From positions 1,434-65,433 of the forward strand of contig CALKPY010000023.1 in assembly GCA_937991435.1 (NCBI GenBank): a stretch of 64,000 nt of DNA. The letters are read 5' to 3'. Shown piece by piece: positions 1 through 10,140 of this stretch (positions within the stretch are counted from its first letter, which is position 1; the number at the start of each line of letters is the position of its first letter). The stretch comes from an uncultured Acidimicrobiales bacterium (GTDB lineage Bacteria > Actinomycetota > Acidimicrobiia > Acidimicrobiales > UBA10347). The notes beneath the pieces are model-generated. The model did no database searches and was not told the DNA's origin. It was given only the letters and a program-made list of their open reading frames with translations. The translations under genes and the position numbers were made by a program.

Positions 1-1106
1 GTCACGCTGCTCGAGATTTCGACCTCACCAATATCTCCGTTTCCGGCGGATCCTTCGGTCGCGCGAACTCGAAGCTGCCAGCCAGCCTCTGGCAGGTAAG
101 TGACTGCGCCCCCATCTCGAACCAGTTCGCCCAAGCCGTATGTCGTCGAAGCTACGAGTCCGGTCTCACTGGTCTGGTAGGTGCATCGAAAGGAAATCGA
201 AGATGCCCCCAATGAGGCAAAGGCAGTCCCGGCCGACTGGAGCAGCGCGTAGGTGATGACATCGGAGCCAACTGTCACCAATGCGACCGAGGACAAATCA
301 ATGTCCTTGGAACGATTAAGAAGCCTGATCAGTTGAACCAAATCCTGCTGCGTCACGACGAGTTCGGCGATGTTCGCCCGTTCGATGAGCTCCAATATCT
401 TCGACGGTTCGCTCCGAAAAAAGTCGGAATGCAGAGCCCAATGAGTCCCACAGGCACTCAGGAGAATGCTTAAACAACCCGATGGGTCGTCGAGTGCTAG
501 CAGCGAAGCCACCGGTTTGCGTGGTGCAACGCCAGCAACACGTTGCGCAGCTTCGTCTAATCCGCGCCACGTCAACTGCGGCCGGCCACTTGAACCAGCA
601 GACAAGGTGAAAAACCGTTGCTTCGATGAGCGCGGCGGCCAGGATTCATCGATGCGATCACCAGCAGGCAACGCAACTTCGAACGGATCAATAACTAAAC
701 CGCCCGAGTCGACTTCGTCTGACCGACTCGAAAGAACCGAAGCTTGCTCCGCAGTGCGCACGCGATCGATGAGGCGGCGGGCACGTTCACTCCCGTCCGC
801 AGCAATAACTCCGAAGTCGACATTCGCTTCGATGCATGCCCACACAAGGACTACGGCGTCAAGCCACGAGTTTGTTGCGACGATCCGTGGAACATTGGGA
901 AGCCCCTGCAGTCGTATGACCTGGGCGACAGACAACGACTGTTCGTACACCGTCTGGACAGGCATTGATCTTGCGTTGCCTCGAGAATCAATCTCTCCAA
1001 ATGCCGCATCCGGGGGCGCCGCCCCGAGGTTCGACCTCATCAAATCACGCACTCCGGCATGGTCGCTGGGGAAAGCCCCTCCGCTAAGCGATGCAAACGT
1101 TGCCAT
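1..1106 (-). CDS. Divergent AMP-binding (adenylate-forming, FAAL/acyl-CoA ligase-like) protein, 3' end beyond the window edge
   Basis: Absent from the ORF track. I translated the minus frame by hand: it is open from ATG 1106 to the edge (MATFASLSGG...). It contains FTLSAGSSGRPQ (cf. YTSGSTGxPK), DIDLSSVALVTVGSDVI, YQTSETG (cf. YGxTE) and GDIGEVEISS (cf. GEIxVRG) in the canonical order. Confidence 0.65.
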   Translation of the reverse strand, partial: MATFASLSGGAFPSDHAGVRDLMRSNLGAAPPDAAFGEIDSRGNARSMPVQTVYEQSLSVAQVIRLQGLPNVPRIVATNSWLDAVVLVWACIEANVDFGVIAADGSERARRLIDRVRTAEQASVLSSRSDEVDSGGLVIDPFEVALPAGDRIDESWPPRSSKQRFFTLSAGSSGRPQLTWRGLDEAAQRVAGVAPRKPVASLLALDDPSGCLSILLSACGTHWALHSDFFRSEPSKILELIERANIAELVVTQQDLVQLIRLLNRSKDIDLSSVALVTVGSDVITYALLQSAGTAFASLGASSISFRCTYQTSETGLVASTTYGLGELVRDGGAVTYLPEAGWQLRVRATEGSAGNGDIGEVEISSSV

Positions 1107-1226
1107 CTCAGAGTTGTAGCGGATGGGAGATGGTTCGGGACAGGCCGAGAAGCAACCACAACAAGACGACCAATGCATATGCACGTGGGTCCAACCGGCT
1201 TGACAAAAGGCGTATGCTTCTGGCCC

Positions 1227-1691
1227 GTGAGCATCATCGATCGTGTCGAAGAGATCCTGCCAGCAGACTTAGGCAAGATCCTACGATTCGGTGCGGTTTC
1301 GGCGATCTCGGTGCCGCTGAACATGACGATCTTCTGGTTACTGCTTCGCAGCGGCATGAATCCCGTGCTGGCCAACCTTTGTTCCGTTTCCATTTCTGCT
1401 GCGCCCAACTATTTACTTAACCGGTATTGGGTGTGGGCCAAGATGGGCAAGAACAGTGTGCGTCGCGAGATCGCACCCTTCTGGCTCATGACGCTTCTTG
1501 GCCTTTGCCTCTCCTTGTCGTTCGTCTGGATTGCCAGTCAGTTCACGGACTTCAAACCAGTTCTTCTCGGCGCCAGCTTCGTCGCCTTCGGCCTTATCTG
1601 GGTCCTGAAGTTTTTCGTCCTTGAGAAATATCTGTTCGGGTCCGGTAGCAACGCAGAGGCAGCCGATCAGATGTCGACCGAAACGGTCTAG
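1227..1691 (+). CDS. GtrA-family membrane protein (lipid-linked sugar translocation)
   Basis: LRFGAVSA, ANLCSV, NYLLNRYWVW and four hydrophobic segments. The start is moved from 1059 to GTG 1227, which has TATGCT 8 nt upstream. Confidence 0.8.
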   Translation: MSIIDRVEEILPADLGKILRFGAVSAISVPLNMTIFWLLLRSGMNPVLANLCSVSISAAPNYLLNRYWVWAKMGKNSVRREIAPFWLMTLLGLCLSLSFVWIASQFTDFKPVLLGASFVAFGLIWVLKFFVLEKYLFGSGSNAEAADQMSTETV

Positions 1692-1753
1692 CCGTCAAAC
1701 CCGACGGGTCTGACCCGCCAACACAAGCAACAACTTCTAAGGTGGGCGGTCAC

Positions 1754-3928
1754 ATGCGGGATAGACAGCCAGAAGCGGGTCTCCTGCTCAAACCATGGGG
1801 CCACCGACCTGCCCTAGACGGGCTGCGCACCATCTCGGTGTATCTGGTCGTCGCATTTCATGCCGACGTCCTTGCCTTTGCTGGCGGCTTTATCGGCGTC
1901 GACTTGTTCTTCGTATTGTCGGGCTACCTCGTCACCATGGTGCTCTGGACCGACTATCAAGCCCACAACCGTCTGCGACTCGGCAGGTTCTATGCGCGGC
2001 GGGTGCGCCGTCTCGTTCCGGCAGCACTCGTCGCCATCGTTGGTGCCGCAATTCTCATGCTTCTTGTGTCGGGATTCATCGCCCGAGATGCACTCATTGA
2101 CGATGCCCGGGCGGCAGCGTTGTGGTTCTCCAACTGGCACTTCATCGCTGAGTCTGCCGACTACTTCGGGGCAACAACTGCCAAGAGCCCGTACCAACAC
2201 TTCTGGTCGTTGTCGATCGAAGAACAGTTCTATGTCGGGTTCCCGCTCTGTATCTGGGGCCTGGCATGGCTGGCACGTCGTGCAAAACGCGATTCCATCG
2301 TCCCGTTCGCATTGACAGCGCTTGGCGTGGTGTCGCTGATCTTGCAGTTCGCTCGGTCAGGCGATGTGTCAAGGGCCTATTACGGCACTGACACTCGCGC
2401 CTATCAATTGCTATTCGGCGCGGCGCTGGCGCTCGTATTCGACAAGCTCCGCACCGAGCGCCGCTCACTCCCCGTGGCGTTCCGCACCGCCGGGTCGGCC
2501 ATCGTCGCAACGGCGATGTCAGTTTTCGTGGTGGCGTCGACCGATCTTGTCGACATGAGCGTCAGCGTTCGAGGTGTCGTCGCGTGTGTCTGCGCCCTCG
2601 CCATGCTCGCGGGCCTCGAGTTCGACGTCGACGGCCCAATAGCCAAGGCGTTGTCGGTGCGCCCTATGACCTACCTCGGAAGCATCTCCTACGGCACGTA
2701 TCTTTGGCACTGGCCCATCATCGTCGCATATCGGGTGCTCTACCCCGAGACCAATCCGTGGATCATGCTCGCCATCGCAGCGATTGGGGCGACCGTGCTC
2801 GCAGCAGTGTCGAGCCTGGTGGTCGAGCTTCCGATCAGGAACGGCTGGCAGCAACTACCAAAGGTGCCGGTGATCGCAGCAGCGCTTGGTCTCAGTGTTG
2901 CCGTAGCGATCGTTGTTCCGTTGGCGCTGGGATCAACGAGCCGCCCTCCACTTCGCACCGCCGACGTCGCGGCACCGATACCAACGGCCTCGGCAACACC
3001 AGCTCCCGGTGCGCTGCCGACTCCAGGCGGCGTCTCAGAGGTTTCGACACCAAATCCAGACACTGCGAACCCTGAAACACCAACCGCAGTGCCGACAACT
3101 AGCACCCCAGATGTGCCGTTGCAGTCCCCAGATGCGCAGTTCCTGAAAGACGTCGCCGAAGATCTAAGTCCCAATGTCGATCCGTGTGCGATCAATAGAG
3201 CGCAAGAATGCATCTTGCACCAAGGCGACTCGGGCCTACATATCTTGTTGATCGGTGACAGCGAGGCTCAGGTGTTTGCGAATCCGTTCCTCGCCAAAGC
3301 ACGAGAATTCGGCCACACGCTGTCCATGCAAGCCTTCCCCGGATGCCCTTGGATGCAGAACGTATTCACCGACAAGGCGCAATGGCAGCGAGGCTGCCAG
3401 CGCACCCACAACGCGCTGTACGGAGGCCTACTCGAAAGGCTCGACCCCGACATCGTGGTTGCATTCAACCTTGGTCGACTCGACCCTGAGGTTGCGCCCA
3501 TCGAGCAGTTCATTGCCAGCGATGAGCGCTATGCCGGGCTCTCCACGACCGATCTTGTCGAAGCCAGCGTGCGCGACTCAGCCGAGTTCATCTTGCAGGT
3601 TGCAGACCGTCTGATCATCATGGAGCCTGCGCCTCTTCCGCCCACTGACCCCATCGAATGCATGACCGTTTTCGACGATGCTCGGCAATGCGGGTTCACG
3701 CATCACACGCCTCTACTTGACAGCGAAGTCATCTATCGGTCAATCGCTGCCGGCGACGATCGCATCGCCACGCTCGACGTCGACCTTGTGAGCTGTCCTG
3801 ATTACCCCGAATGCCCGGCATTGATCGACGAAACGCCGGTATATCGCGACCCGTGGCACGTGTGGCAGGGGTTCTACCTCGAAAACGTCGACGAGCTTTG
3901 GTCGATTATCGAACCGGCGCTGCAATAG
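1754..3928 (+). CDS. Acyltransferase-3 / SGNH fusion O-acyltransferase (OafA/OatA-like)
   Basis: RPALDGLR, GVDLFFVLSGY, RRVRRL, HFWSLSIEEQFY and SYGTYLWHWP, then a Pro/Thr-rich linker and a C-terminal GDS...DPWH SGNH domain. Confidence 0.9.
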   Translation: MRDRQPEAGLLLKPWGHRPALDGLRTISVYLVVAFHADVLAFAGGFIGVDLFFVLSGYLVTMVLWTDYQAHNRLRLGRFYARRVRRLVPAALVAIVGAAILMLLVSGFIARDALIDDARAAALWFSNWHFIAESADYFGATTAKSPYQHFWSLSIEEQFYVGFPLCIWGLAWLARRAKRDSIVPFALTALGVVSLILQFARSGDVSRAYYGTDTRAYQLLFGAALALVFDKLRTERRSLPVAFRTAGSAIVATAMSVFVVASTDLVDMSVSVRGVVACVCALAMLAGLEFDVDGPIAKALSVRPMTYLGSISYGTYLWHWPIIVAYRVLYPETNPWIMLAIAAIGATVLAAVSSLVVELPIRNGWQQLPKVPVIAAALGLSVAVAIVVPLALGSTSRPPLRTADVAAPIPTASATPAPGALPTPGGVSEVSTPNPDTANPETPTAVPTTSTPDVPLQSPDAQFLKDVAEDLSPNVDPCAINRAQECILHQGDSGLHILLIGDSEAQVFANPFLAKAREFGHTLSMQAFPGCPWMQNVFTDKAQWQRGCQRTHNALYGGLLERLDPDIVVAFNLGRLDPEVAPIEQFIASDERYAGLSTTDLVEASVRDSAEFILQVADRLIIMEPAPLPPTDPIECMTVFDDARQCGFTHHTPLLDSEVIYRSIAAGDDRIATLDVDLVSCPDYPECPALIDETPVYRDPWHVWQGFYLENVDELWSIIEPALQ

Positions 3929-3963
3929 CCTCAGACCTGCCCACCCGAGCAGAGGATCCTGCA

Positions 3964-5922
3964 GTGTCGAAGCGTTGGCCAGACATCACCCGCGGCGCCA
4001 GAGCGTTTGACTGGCTCACCGTTATCGCAGCCAGTGTCGTCGCGCTGTTCACATCACCAGTTCGCTCGGTCTATGACCCAACCTTGATCGAAGGGCTTGA
4101 CCCGTCATGGCGCATTGGCCTACACCAGGTATTTCTCGACGATCTCGTGTGGGGACAAGACGTCGTCAACACGCTTGGACCATTGGGGTTTGCCGCCTTT
4201 CCGATGCTGTCGCAAGGCCACACGGCCTGGATCTCAATCTTCACCTTCGGGCTGCTGCATTGGGCGGCTGCGTGGGTCTCGATACGCGTTCTGAAAGACC
4301 ACTTTGGCTGGGCCGTATCGATTCTCGGCACGTACGTGTTGATGGTGGTTGCGTGGGTCCCGATCTTTGAAGCCAGCCTGGCAGCCGAGGCGTTCGCTGC
4401 GCTGTTCGGTGTCATGTGCATGCGCCACCTGACTCGGGCCGCAGACGGTGTTCGCGCCCACGTCGACGACCGGTTTTTGGGGTTCACCCTTGGCGCGTTG
4501 GCCTCGCTCATGTTGTTGATCAAGTTGAGCACCGGCCTTCAAGGCATCGCTGTTGGCGGCGCGACCCTTGTCGCTCTGGCATGGCTTGACCGGTCCCGTG
4601 GCCGGGCACTGCACTTGCTGGGCGGATGGGCCGCCGGCGGCGGCCTGACCTATCTCGTCGGATGGGTGCTGCTTGGACAACCGCTGTCGGCGCTGCCCCG
4701 CTATCTGTCATCTGCGCTCGAAATGGCCGGTTCGTATGGCGAAGCAATGGGAGTCGAGCGCCCCGATCCGAGCTGGGCACGCAACGGGGCATTTGCACTG
4801 ATTGCCTTAGTGGCGATCGCGGCGTTTGTGCGATGGAATGAACGATCCAGGCTCGATCGCCTATTCATGGTTGCCCCGCTCGCCGGCTTCATTTTCTTCG
4901 GCTTCAAACTCGGATTCGTACGAGCCGACTGGCAACACATTGTGCCGTTCTTTTTGGGCATGGGACTCGTTGCGCTCCCTCTCCTGGGCCGTGACCGGCG
5001 GGTTGCCCTCGCTGCCGTCGCAGTTGTGGCATCGGTCGCGGTCGGGTGGGCATCTGACGAAGTCAACTTCTCGCTATCGACCGCTCTCGCACCCGGCGAC
5101 AACCTGGCACAGTCTTGGGAAAACACGGAACTGCTAATACGTCCAGGTCTGCGCGACCAGGCAGTCGATGAATACACCGAGACCGCTCGACAACGGGCTG
5201 GCTTCTCGGCCGAAACGCTCAACCTGCTGCGCGGTAAGCGGGTGCACATCGACCCGGTAGAAACCTCGCTGCTGTTTACGTACCGCGACGATTTCGAGTG
5301 GGGTGCCGTACCCGTATTCCAGTCATATCTGGCGTATACGCAGCACTTCGACGACATAAACGCCGAATGGCTCCGTAACGACGACAACGCCCCTGAAATC
5401 ATCTTGCGTAGTTCCTGGGCCATCGATCGACGCAGCCCCGCCTACGAAAGCCCCGAATACCTGATCGAGATGTATTGCAGATACCGACAAGTCGGCGAAC
5501 AGATCCACGGCAAGGGCAAGCGTGCGGTCACCTATGCGATCTTGCAACGAGCGCCGAGTCGATGTGGCGAGATCGAGGAGCTGTCTCGGACCGAGACCGC
5601 CGTAGGGTCACGCATCACGTTCCCGCCTAAACCATGCGACGGCCGATATGTGTGGGCGATCGAAGGCTTTGAGAGCCTCGGCCAGCAGATACGCACCGCT
5701 GCCTTCAAAGACGCCACGTATACGGTTCGACATGCACAAGGTCGCGGCTGGCGACTCGTGCCCGGAACCGCTGCCCAGTGGCATCTGTTTCCCGGCGGGC
5801 AGTTCCCGCCCTGGATCGCCCCCGCCACCGCACCGGGCTGGGTGCAAGTGCAATCAGATTCAACACGTCTGACCCCGAGCTCAATCGAAGTGATCTACGG
5901 CTGTCTACCCGTGCCATCGTGA
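3964..5922 (+). CDS. Polytopic membrane protein, probable GT-C fold glycosyltransferase
   Basis: GLDPSW...GQDVVNTLGPLG first-loop motif, about 11 hydrophobic segments and a soluble C-terminus. GTG 3964 follows GAGGA. It lies within a glycan operon. Confidence 0.6.
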   Translation: MSKRWPDITRGARAFDWLTVIAASVVALFTSPVRSVYDPTLIEGLDPSWRIGLHQVFLDDLVWGQDVVNTLGPLGFAAFPMLSQGHTAWISIFTFGLLHWAAAWVSIRVLKDHFGWAVSILGTYVLMVVAWVPIFEASLAAEAFAALFGVMCMRHLTRAADGVRAHVDDRFLGFTLGALASLMLLIKLSTGLQGIAVGGATLVALAWLDRSRGRALHLLGGWAAGGGLTYLVGWVLLGQPLSALPRYLSSALEMAGSYGEAMGVERPDPSWARNGAFALIALVAIAAFVRWNERSRLDRLFMVAPLAGFIFFGFKLGFVRADWQHIVPFFLGMGLVALPLLGRDRRVALAAVAVVASVAVGWASDEVNFSLSTALAPGDNLAQSWENTELLIRPGLRDQAVDEYTETARQRAGFSAETLNLLRGKRVHIDPVETSLLFTYRDDFEWGAVPVFQSYLAYTQHFDDINAEWLRNDDNAPEIILRSSWAIDRRSPAYESPEYLIEMYCRYRQVGEQIHGKGKRAVTYAILQRAPSRCGEIEELSRTETAVGSRITFPPKPCDGRYVWAIEGFESLGQQIRTAAFKDATYTVRHAQGRGWRLVPGTAAQWHLFPGGQFPPWIAPATAPGWVQVQSDSTRLTPSSIEVIYGCLPVPS

Positions 5923-6683
5923 CGCGGGTAACCGCAGTAATTCCGGTTTGGGGCGATGGGCGCTTCCTGCCCGAGTTACTCGCATCGCTTCACGCGCAAC
6001 GTGAGCCGATCACGATTTTGGCCGTATCATCGAACTGCACCGACAACGCCCGAGCGACTCTCGCCGAAGCTGGCGTGCCACTCACCGAGCACCCAGGCGG
6101 ATCCATCGGAGCGGACTGGAACGCGGGAGTTAGCGCAGCCGACACAGAGTGCTTCTTCATCGCCCATCAAGACGACACCTACGCGCCCGATTACGCGGCG
6201 ACCCTCGCCGACCTGCTCACCGCGGGCACAACGCTCGCCTGGTGCAGCTACAACGTGACCGGCGACGGAGCGACAGCGCAGAGCGACCGTCTACCCGTCG
6301 CCAAACGCGCCATGAATGAACTGTTTGCCGGCGGCCGCACGCGGCTGCGCACCACTCGCGCCAAACAGTGGCTCAATGCATTTGGACCGGTCATTGCCTG
6401 CCCCACGGTCATGTTTCGCACCGCAGCCCTCGCCGACTTTGACTTCAGCACGACCCACCGGGTGAACCTTGACTGGGACGCCTGGTGGCGCCTGGCTGAG
6501 CAATCGGGCAGTTTCGCCCGCAGCCGTGACCAACTCGTCACCATCAGGTTGCACGCGGAATCCGAGTCAACGGCAGGAAAGGCCGCTGGCGTGCGTAAGA
6601 ATGAAGACTTGGAGCTGCTGAACCGATACTGGCCTGCGCCAGTTGCCCGGATCGTGCAGCGAACGATGGAGCTGGCATATTGA
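5919..6683 (+). CDS. Glycosyltransferase family 2
   Basis: TAVIPV, WNAG, AHQDD, CPTVMFR and DWDAW motifs. GTGA overlap with the upstream stop. Confidence 0.85.
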   Translation: MTRVTAVIPVWGDGRFLPELLASLHAQREPITILAVSSNCTDNARATLAEAGVPLTEHPGGSIGADWNAGVSAADTECFFIAHQDDTYAPDYAATLADLLTAGTTLAWCSYNVTGDGATAQSDRLPVAKRAMNELFAGGRTRLRTTRAKQWLNAFGPVIACPTVMFRTAALADFDFSTTHRVNLDWDAWWRLAEQSGSFARSRDQLVTIRLHAESESTAGKAAGVRKNEDLELLNRYWPAPVARIVQRTMELAY

Positions 6684-7039
6684 ACTTCGCAAAACTTGCA
6701 GCTGTTGCTCTGCTTCCGTCAATCACGATGGTCGCCCAGTTGCTGTTCCGCTCTGCGCTCGATGATCGCGAAATGAAGTTCGAGCCTGGCGCCCTGTTTC
6801 GTCTGGCTACGCACCCTCATCTCATCATGGGTGTCGCCATGCAAGGTCTTGGCTTTGTGTTCTGGCTCTGGATCATCAGCAAACTCAAGCTGGCCGAGGC
6901 CTTTGGCATGGTCGGCGGCGTGTTCTACATCGTCGTAGCCGTCGTGTCATATTTCGCTCTCGACGAGTCGCTACGACCGCTCCAAATCATTGGCCTGATC
7001 ACCATTTCGCTCGGCGTCACTGCGCTGGCACTGGGCTGA
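6680..7039 (+). CDS. Small DMT/EamA (ArnE/F-like) membrane transporter or flippase subunit
   Basis: 119 aa, four TM segments, LDESLRPLQIIGL tail typical of DMT proteins. Translationally coupled to the GT2. Confidence 0.7.
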   Translation: MNFAKLAAVALLPSITMVAQLLFRSALDDREMKFEPGALFRLATHPHLIMGVAMQGLGFVFWLWIISKLKLAEAFGMVGGVFYIVVAVVSYFALDESLRPLQIIGLITISLGVTALALG

Positions 7040-7042
7040 CCC

Positions 7043-7981
7043 ATGAGCACCAAAGCACGGATCGCCGTCGTCATTCCGACGTACCGATCACGCGATCAGA
7101 TTATGGGTGTACTCAACGACATTCCTGAAGGTGTTGAAGCCGTCTATGTCGTCGACGATGGGTGCCCTGACCGCACCGGCCACTGGGCTGTTAATGAGAC
7201 CGACGACCCACGGGTACAGCTGATTGCACTAGCTGAAAATCAAGGCGTAGGGGGGGCAACGCTCGCTGGCTTCGATCAGGCCTTTGCCGACGGTCACGAC
7301 GTCGCGGTCAAGGTCGACAGCGACGGTCAGCTCGATCCGGCTCTCGTTCCTGACATCGCCGAACCGTTGCTTGAGTCCAACGCTGGCTACGCCAAAGGTT
7401 CACGATTCACAACACCCAAAAATCTCGTTGGCATGCCGCGCCACCGGGTATTCCTCAACGCGGTGCTGTCGATCACAAACAAATTCGCCTCGGGCTACTA
7501 CTCACTATCAGATCCAACCAACGGTCTTATCGGCTTGCACCGTGACGCCTACGCACTCCTCGACACCAAACCGATAAGTCGACGATTCTTCTTTGAGTCA
7601 GACCTCATGCACCACCTGAACCTTGCGCGGGTCCCGGCAGTGCAGGTACCCATGGCGGCCACCTATGCCGACGAGGAAAGCAACCTGAGCTTTCGCTCCG
7701 AAGCATTGCCCTTCATGTGGGGCACAACCCGAAACTTCTTCAAGCGCATCTTCATGCGACATTTCGTGCTCAGCTTTTCGCTCGCCGGTATCTACCTGAC
7801 CGTCGGCATGTTGTTCAGCTTGTTCTCATTGGGGTTTGGTCTTGCCACGTGGATTCGCAGTGCCACGACCGAGGTTCCCTCAAATTCCGGCGCAGTCGCC
7901 ATCGTGTTGCTGAGTGCACTGGTAGGCATCAACTTCATCTCGACATTCTTTGTTTTCGACGTCAACGACGAACCCAGCTAG
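7043..7981 (+). CDS. Polyprenol-phosphate glycosyltransferase (DPM1-like GT2)
   Basis: VVIPTY, VVDDGCPD, NQGVGGA, DSDGQ, KGSRF, DPTNG, FFFESD and two C-terminal TM helices. Confidence 0.9.
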   Translation: MSTKARIAVVIPTYRSRDQIMGVLNDIPEGVEAVYVVDDGCPDRTGHWAVNETDDPRVQLIALAENQGVGGATLAGFDQAFADGHDVAVKVDSDGQLDPALVPDIAEPLLESNAGYAKGSRFTTPKNLVGMPRHRVFLNAVLSITNKFASGYYSLSDPTNGLIGLHRDAYALLDTKPISRRFFFESDLMHHLNLARVPAVQVPMAATYADEESNLSFRSEALPFMWGTTRNFFKRIFMRHFVLSFSLAGIYLTVGMLFSLFSLGFGLATWIRSATTEVPSNSGAVAIVLLSALVGINFISTFFVFDVNDEPS

Positions 7982-7988
7982 TCGGCTT

Positions 7989-10130
7989 TCAGCTCCGACG
8001 TGTCCAGACATCGCAGCGCGAGTTCTCAAAACGCAGTGAGTAGTCAGCTTGGACCGCTTGGCCAAGCTCAGTCGGGCGTAATGACGCTGGCAGACAGACC
8101 GTGTCGACCTCAACGATCGCCAACAACTCCGCAGGGTCGCCAGCAGCGCGCGGGTCGCCCCCGATCCACAAACGCAACTCGCTACGTGCCTCGTACTCAA
8201 ATTCCGCAGGCGGGTCCCACAGCGGCACCTCGTCGAGGTACAGGCGACGGCCATACGTCGGGTGCACATCGGGGCTCATGACCGCGACCGCCAGCTCACC
8301 TGGCTGAGGGGCCAGGTACCTGCCGCCGTCTGGCGTGAGTGCAATTACCTGTTCCGCCGAAGCAAGCCAGTTGGCGTTGACATCGTGTGTCGGGCGACCC
8401 CAGCGGATCGGTAGCGGCGTCGCTGCGAGTAAAAGCACTGCCAGCCCAACGCCGGTCAAGGTGCGACCGGCCATGCCGTATCGATCGATTAACGCATCGG
8501 CAACGATCCCGATAGCCAATCCTGTCGGCAACATCCAGCCAAAACGCCACGCCAGCCAGTTCAGACCCAGCAGATCGGTGATCACCGCACCATAAAAGAC
8601 CGGATTGAACACGACCCCAAACACGATCAGACCGAGGAAGCCGAAGAACAGGCGCGCTCGACGATTCGGTGCAAGAAACATCGCCGCGGCGAGCGCACCA
8701 GGAATCAACGCATTGAGCACGCCACGCGACAACGTGACGTCGCGACCGGCGGCAATGACCCGGCGAATCCATCCGTCTTCGGCCAGCGCGAACTCGGCTG
8801 ACTCAGCTTTGGAGAAATCCGTGTGCGGTTCAATCAGGAAGCCGACCGCGCCAAATGCCAGCAACACAAGCGCGGCCCCGCCCATGAGTAGTCCCGCGCG
8901 GCCTAGCGCGAATCGCTGAACTACAAACCATGCGAGCAGGCAGGCGCCGATCATGCCGATCGCCGCAGCGGCCGCGCTGCCGGTAAGCCCAAACACACCA
9001 ATCGTGGTCGCGAACAGCACAAGAATTCGGCGAGCGGTCACCTTGTCCGCGAGCCGGAAACAGGCACCGATCAAGGCGGGAATCGAGATCAAGGCGACAA
9101 TGCCTTTGCCCTGCGCGATCTTGTCGATCAGAAGCAACGAGTCCCCGTTCACCCGATACAGCAGCAACGGCATCGTCGCGACGACTGCGACGAGGTCTGG
9201 CCGGTGAGATCCGAGGGCTCGAGACGCGTAGCCGAAGGCGATTGGAATCGCGAAGGCAGCGACCGGAGCGACGACAACAGCCCGGAACAACGATGCGCTT
9301 GTGCCTGTCAGCCCGGCTCCGACGCCGATGAGCGCCTCGTACGACGAGAAGAAGTCAGATGTTGACAGGTGACGCACCCCCTCAACCCCAAACAGGTGAT
9401 CCTCAAAGTAGAAACGCCAAGGGCTCTGGGCGTAGTGCGCAGCCTTGTTTACGTAGTAGATGTCATCTGGATTCGGATCTGAAGTCACCGCCACATATAT
9501 GGCCAGCAGCGCACCGGTAGCGAGCGTGGCAACCGTGGTCGGGGCAATCGATCTGCGCGTGCGGGTTGACTCGCCGTGAACGCTGCCCGACATGGTCAGC
9601 GCAATCGCCGCTACCGCGACACCGATCGCCGCAAGCACGAACCAGGTCCACGACAGCACATAGGTAACCGCCATCGCCACGGCGGCTACTGACGCCATCG
9701 CAATCACCGCCGTGGAACCGTCAGCATTGGACCGACGCCCGAGCCACGCGATGAGCCCTATGCCAACGGCTACGAGAGAGCGGTTCACCCACGTCGATTC
9801 ATCACCTTGGGCGACAAACCACCAGAACAAGGCCGCTGCAATAATCGCCTCGTTCGATCCGCCAGAAATTTCGCCGAACCTTTTGACTATCGGACGGGGC
9901 CGGTCAAGAAGCTGCCAGGCACCGGCACACAAGACCGCAAAGATGACTACGGCCGGAACCCAACCGAGGCTGAAGATCAGCGAGAGCCAAAAGGCGACCG
10001 TCCAGATACCGAAGCCGACGAGCGCCAACTCAAGGATCGTCAGACGATCCGCCGAGTTGCCGTTCGGTGGGGCCACCGTTGATTCAGCAGTATCGACTCG
10101 CGAGGCAACCCTCACCTGGTTGGTTGCCAC
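7989..10130 (-). CDS. Large polytopic membrane protein, DUF6077/GT-C-like
   Basis: Many TM segments, NPDDIYYV acidic loop motif, QGKG and WRFGW. Co-oriented with the epimerase. Confidence 0.55.
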   Translation of the reverse strand: MATNQVRVASRVDTAESTVAPPNGNSADRLTILELALVGFGIWTVAFWLSLIFSLGWVPAVVIFAVLCAGAWQLLDRPRPIVKRFGEISGGSNEAIIAAALFWWFVAQGDESTWVNRSLVAVGIGLIAWLGRRSNADGSTAVIAMASVAAVAMAVTYVLSWTWFVLAAIGVAVAAIALTMSGSVHGESTRTRRSIAPTTVATLATGALLAIYVAVTSDPNPDDIYYVNKAAHYAQSPWRFYFEDHLFGVEGVRHLSTSDFFSSYEALIGVGAGLTGTSASLFRAVVVAPVAAFAIPIAFGYASRALGSHRPDLVAVVATMPLLLYRVNGDSLLLIDKIAQGKGIVALISIPALIGACFRLADKVTARRILVLFATTIGVFGLTGSAAAAAIGMIGACLLAWFVVQRFALGRAGLLMGGAALVLLAFGAVGFLIEPHTDFSKAESAEFALAEDGWIRRVIAAGRDVTLSRGVLNALIPGALAAAMFLAPNRRARLFFGFLGLIVFGVVFNPVFYGAVITDLLGLNWLAWRFGWMLPTGLAIGIVADALIDRYGMAGRTLTGVGLAVLLLAATPLPIRWGRPTHDVNANWLASAEQVIALTPDGGRYLAPQPGELAVAVMSPDVHPTYGRRLYLDEVPLWDPPAEFEYEARSELRLWIGGDPRAAGDPAELLAIVEVDTVCLPASLRPTELGQAVQADYSLRFENSRCDVWTRRS

Positions 10131-10140
10131 GTCAACAAAT

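Noticed and set aside
466-1119. 217-aa plus-strand ORF from the track
   Set aside because: It is a Ser/Thr/Arg-rich antisense shadow of the minus-strand AMP-binding gene.
1200-1218. TTGACA and TATGCT as a sigma70 -35/-10 pair
   Set aside because: The spacing is only 7 nt. Only the -10-like hexamer is plausibly used.
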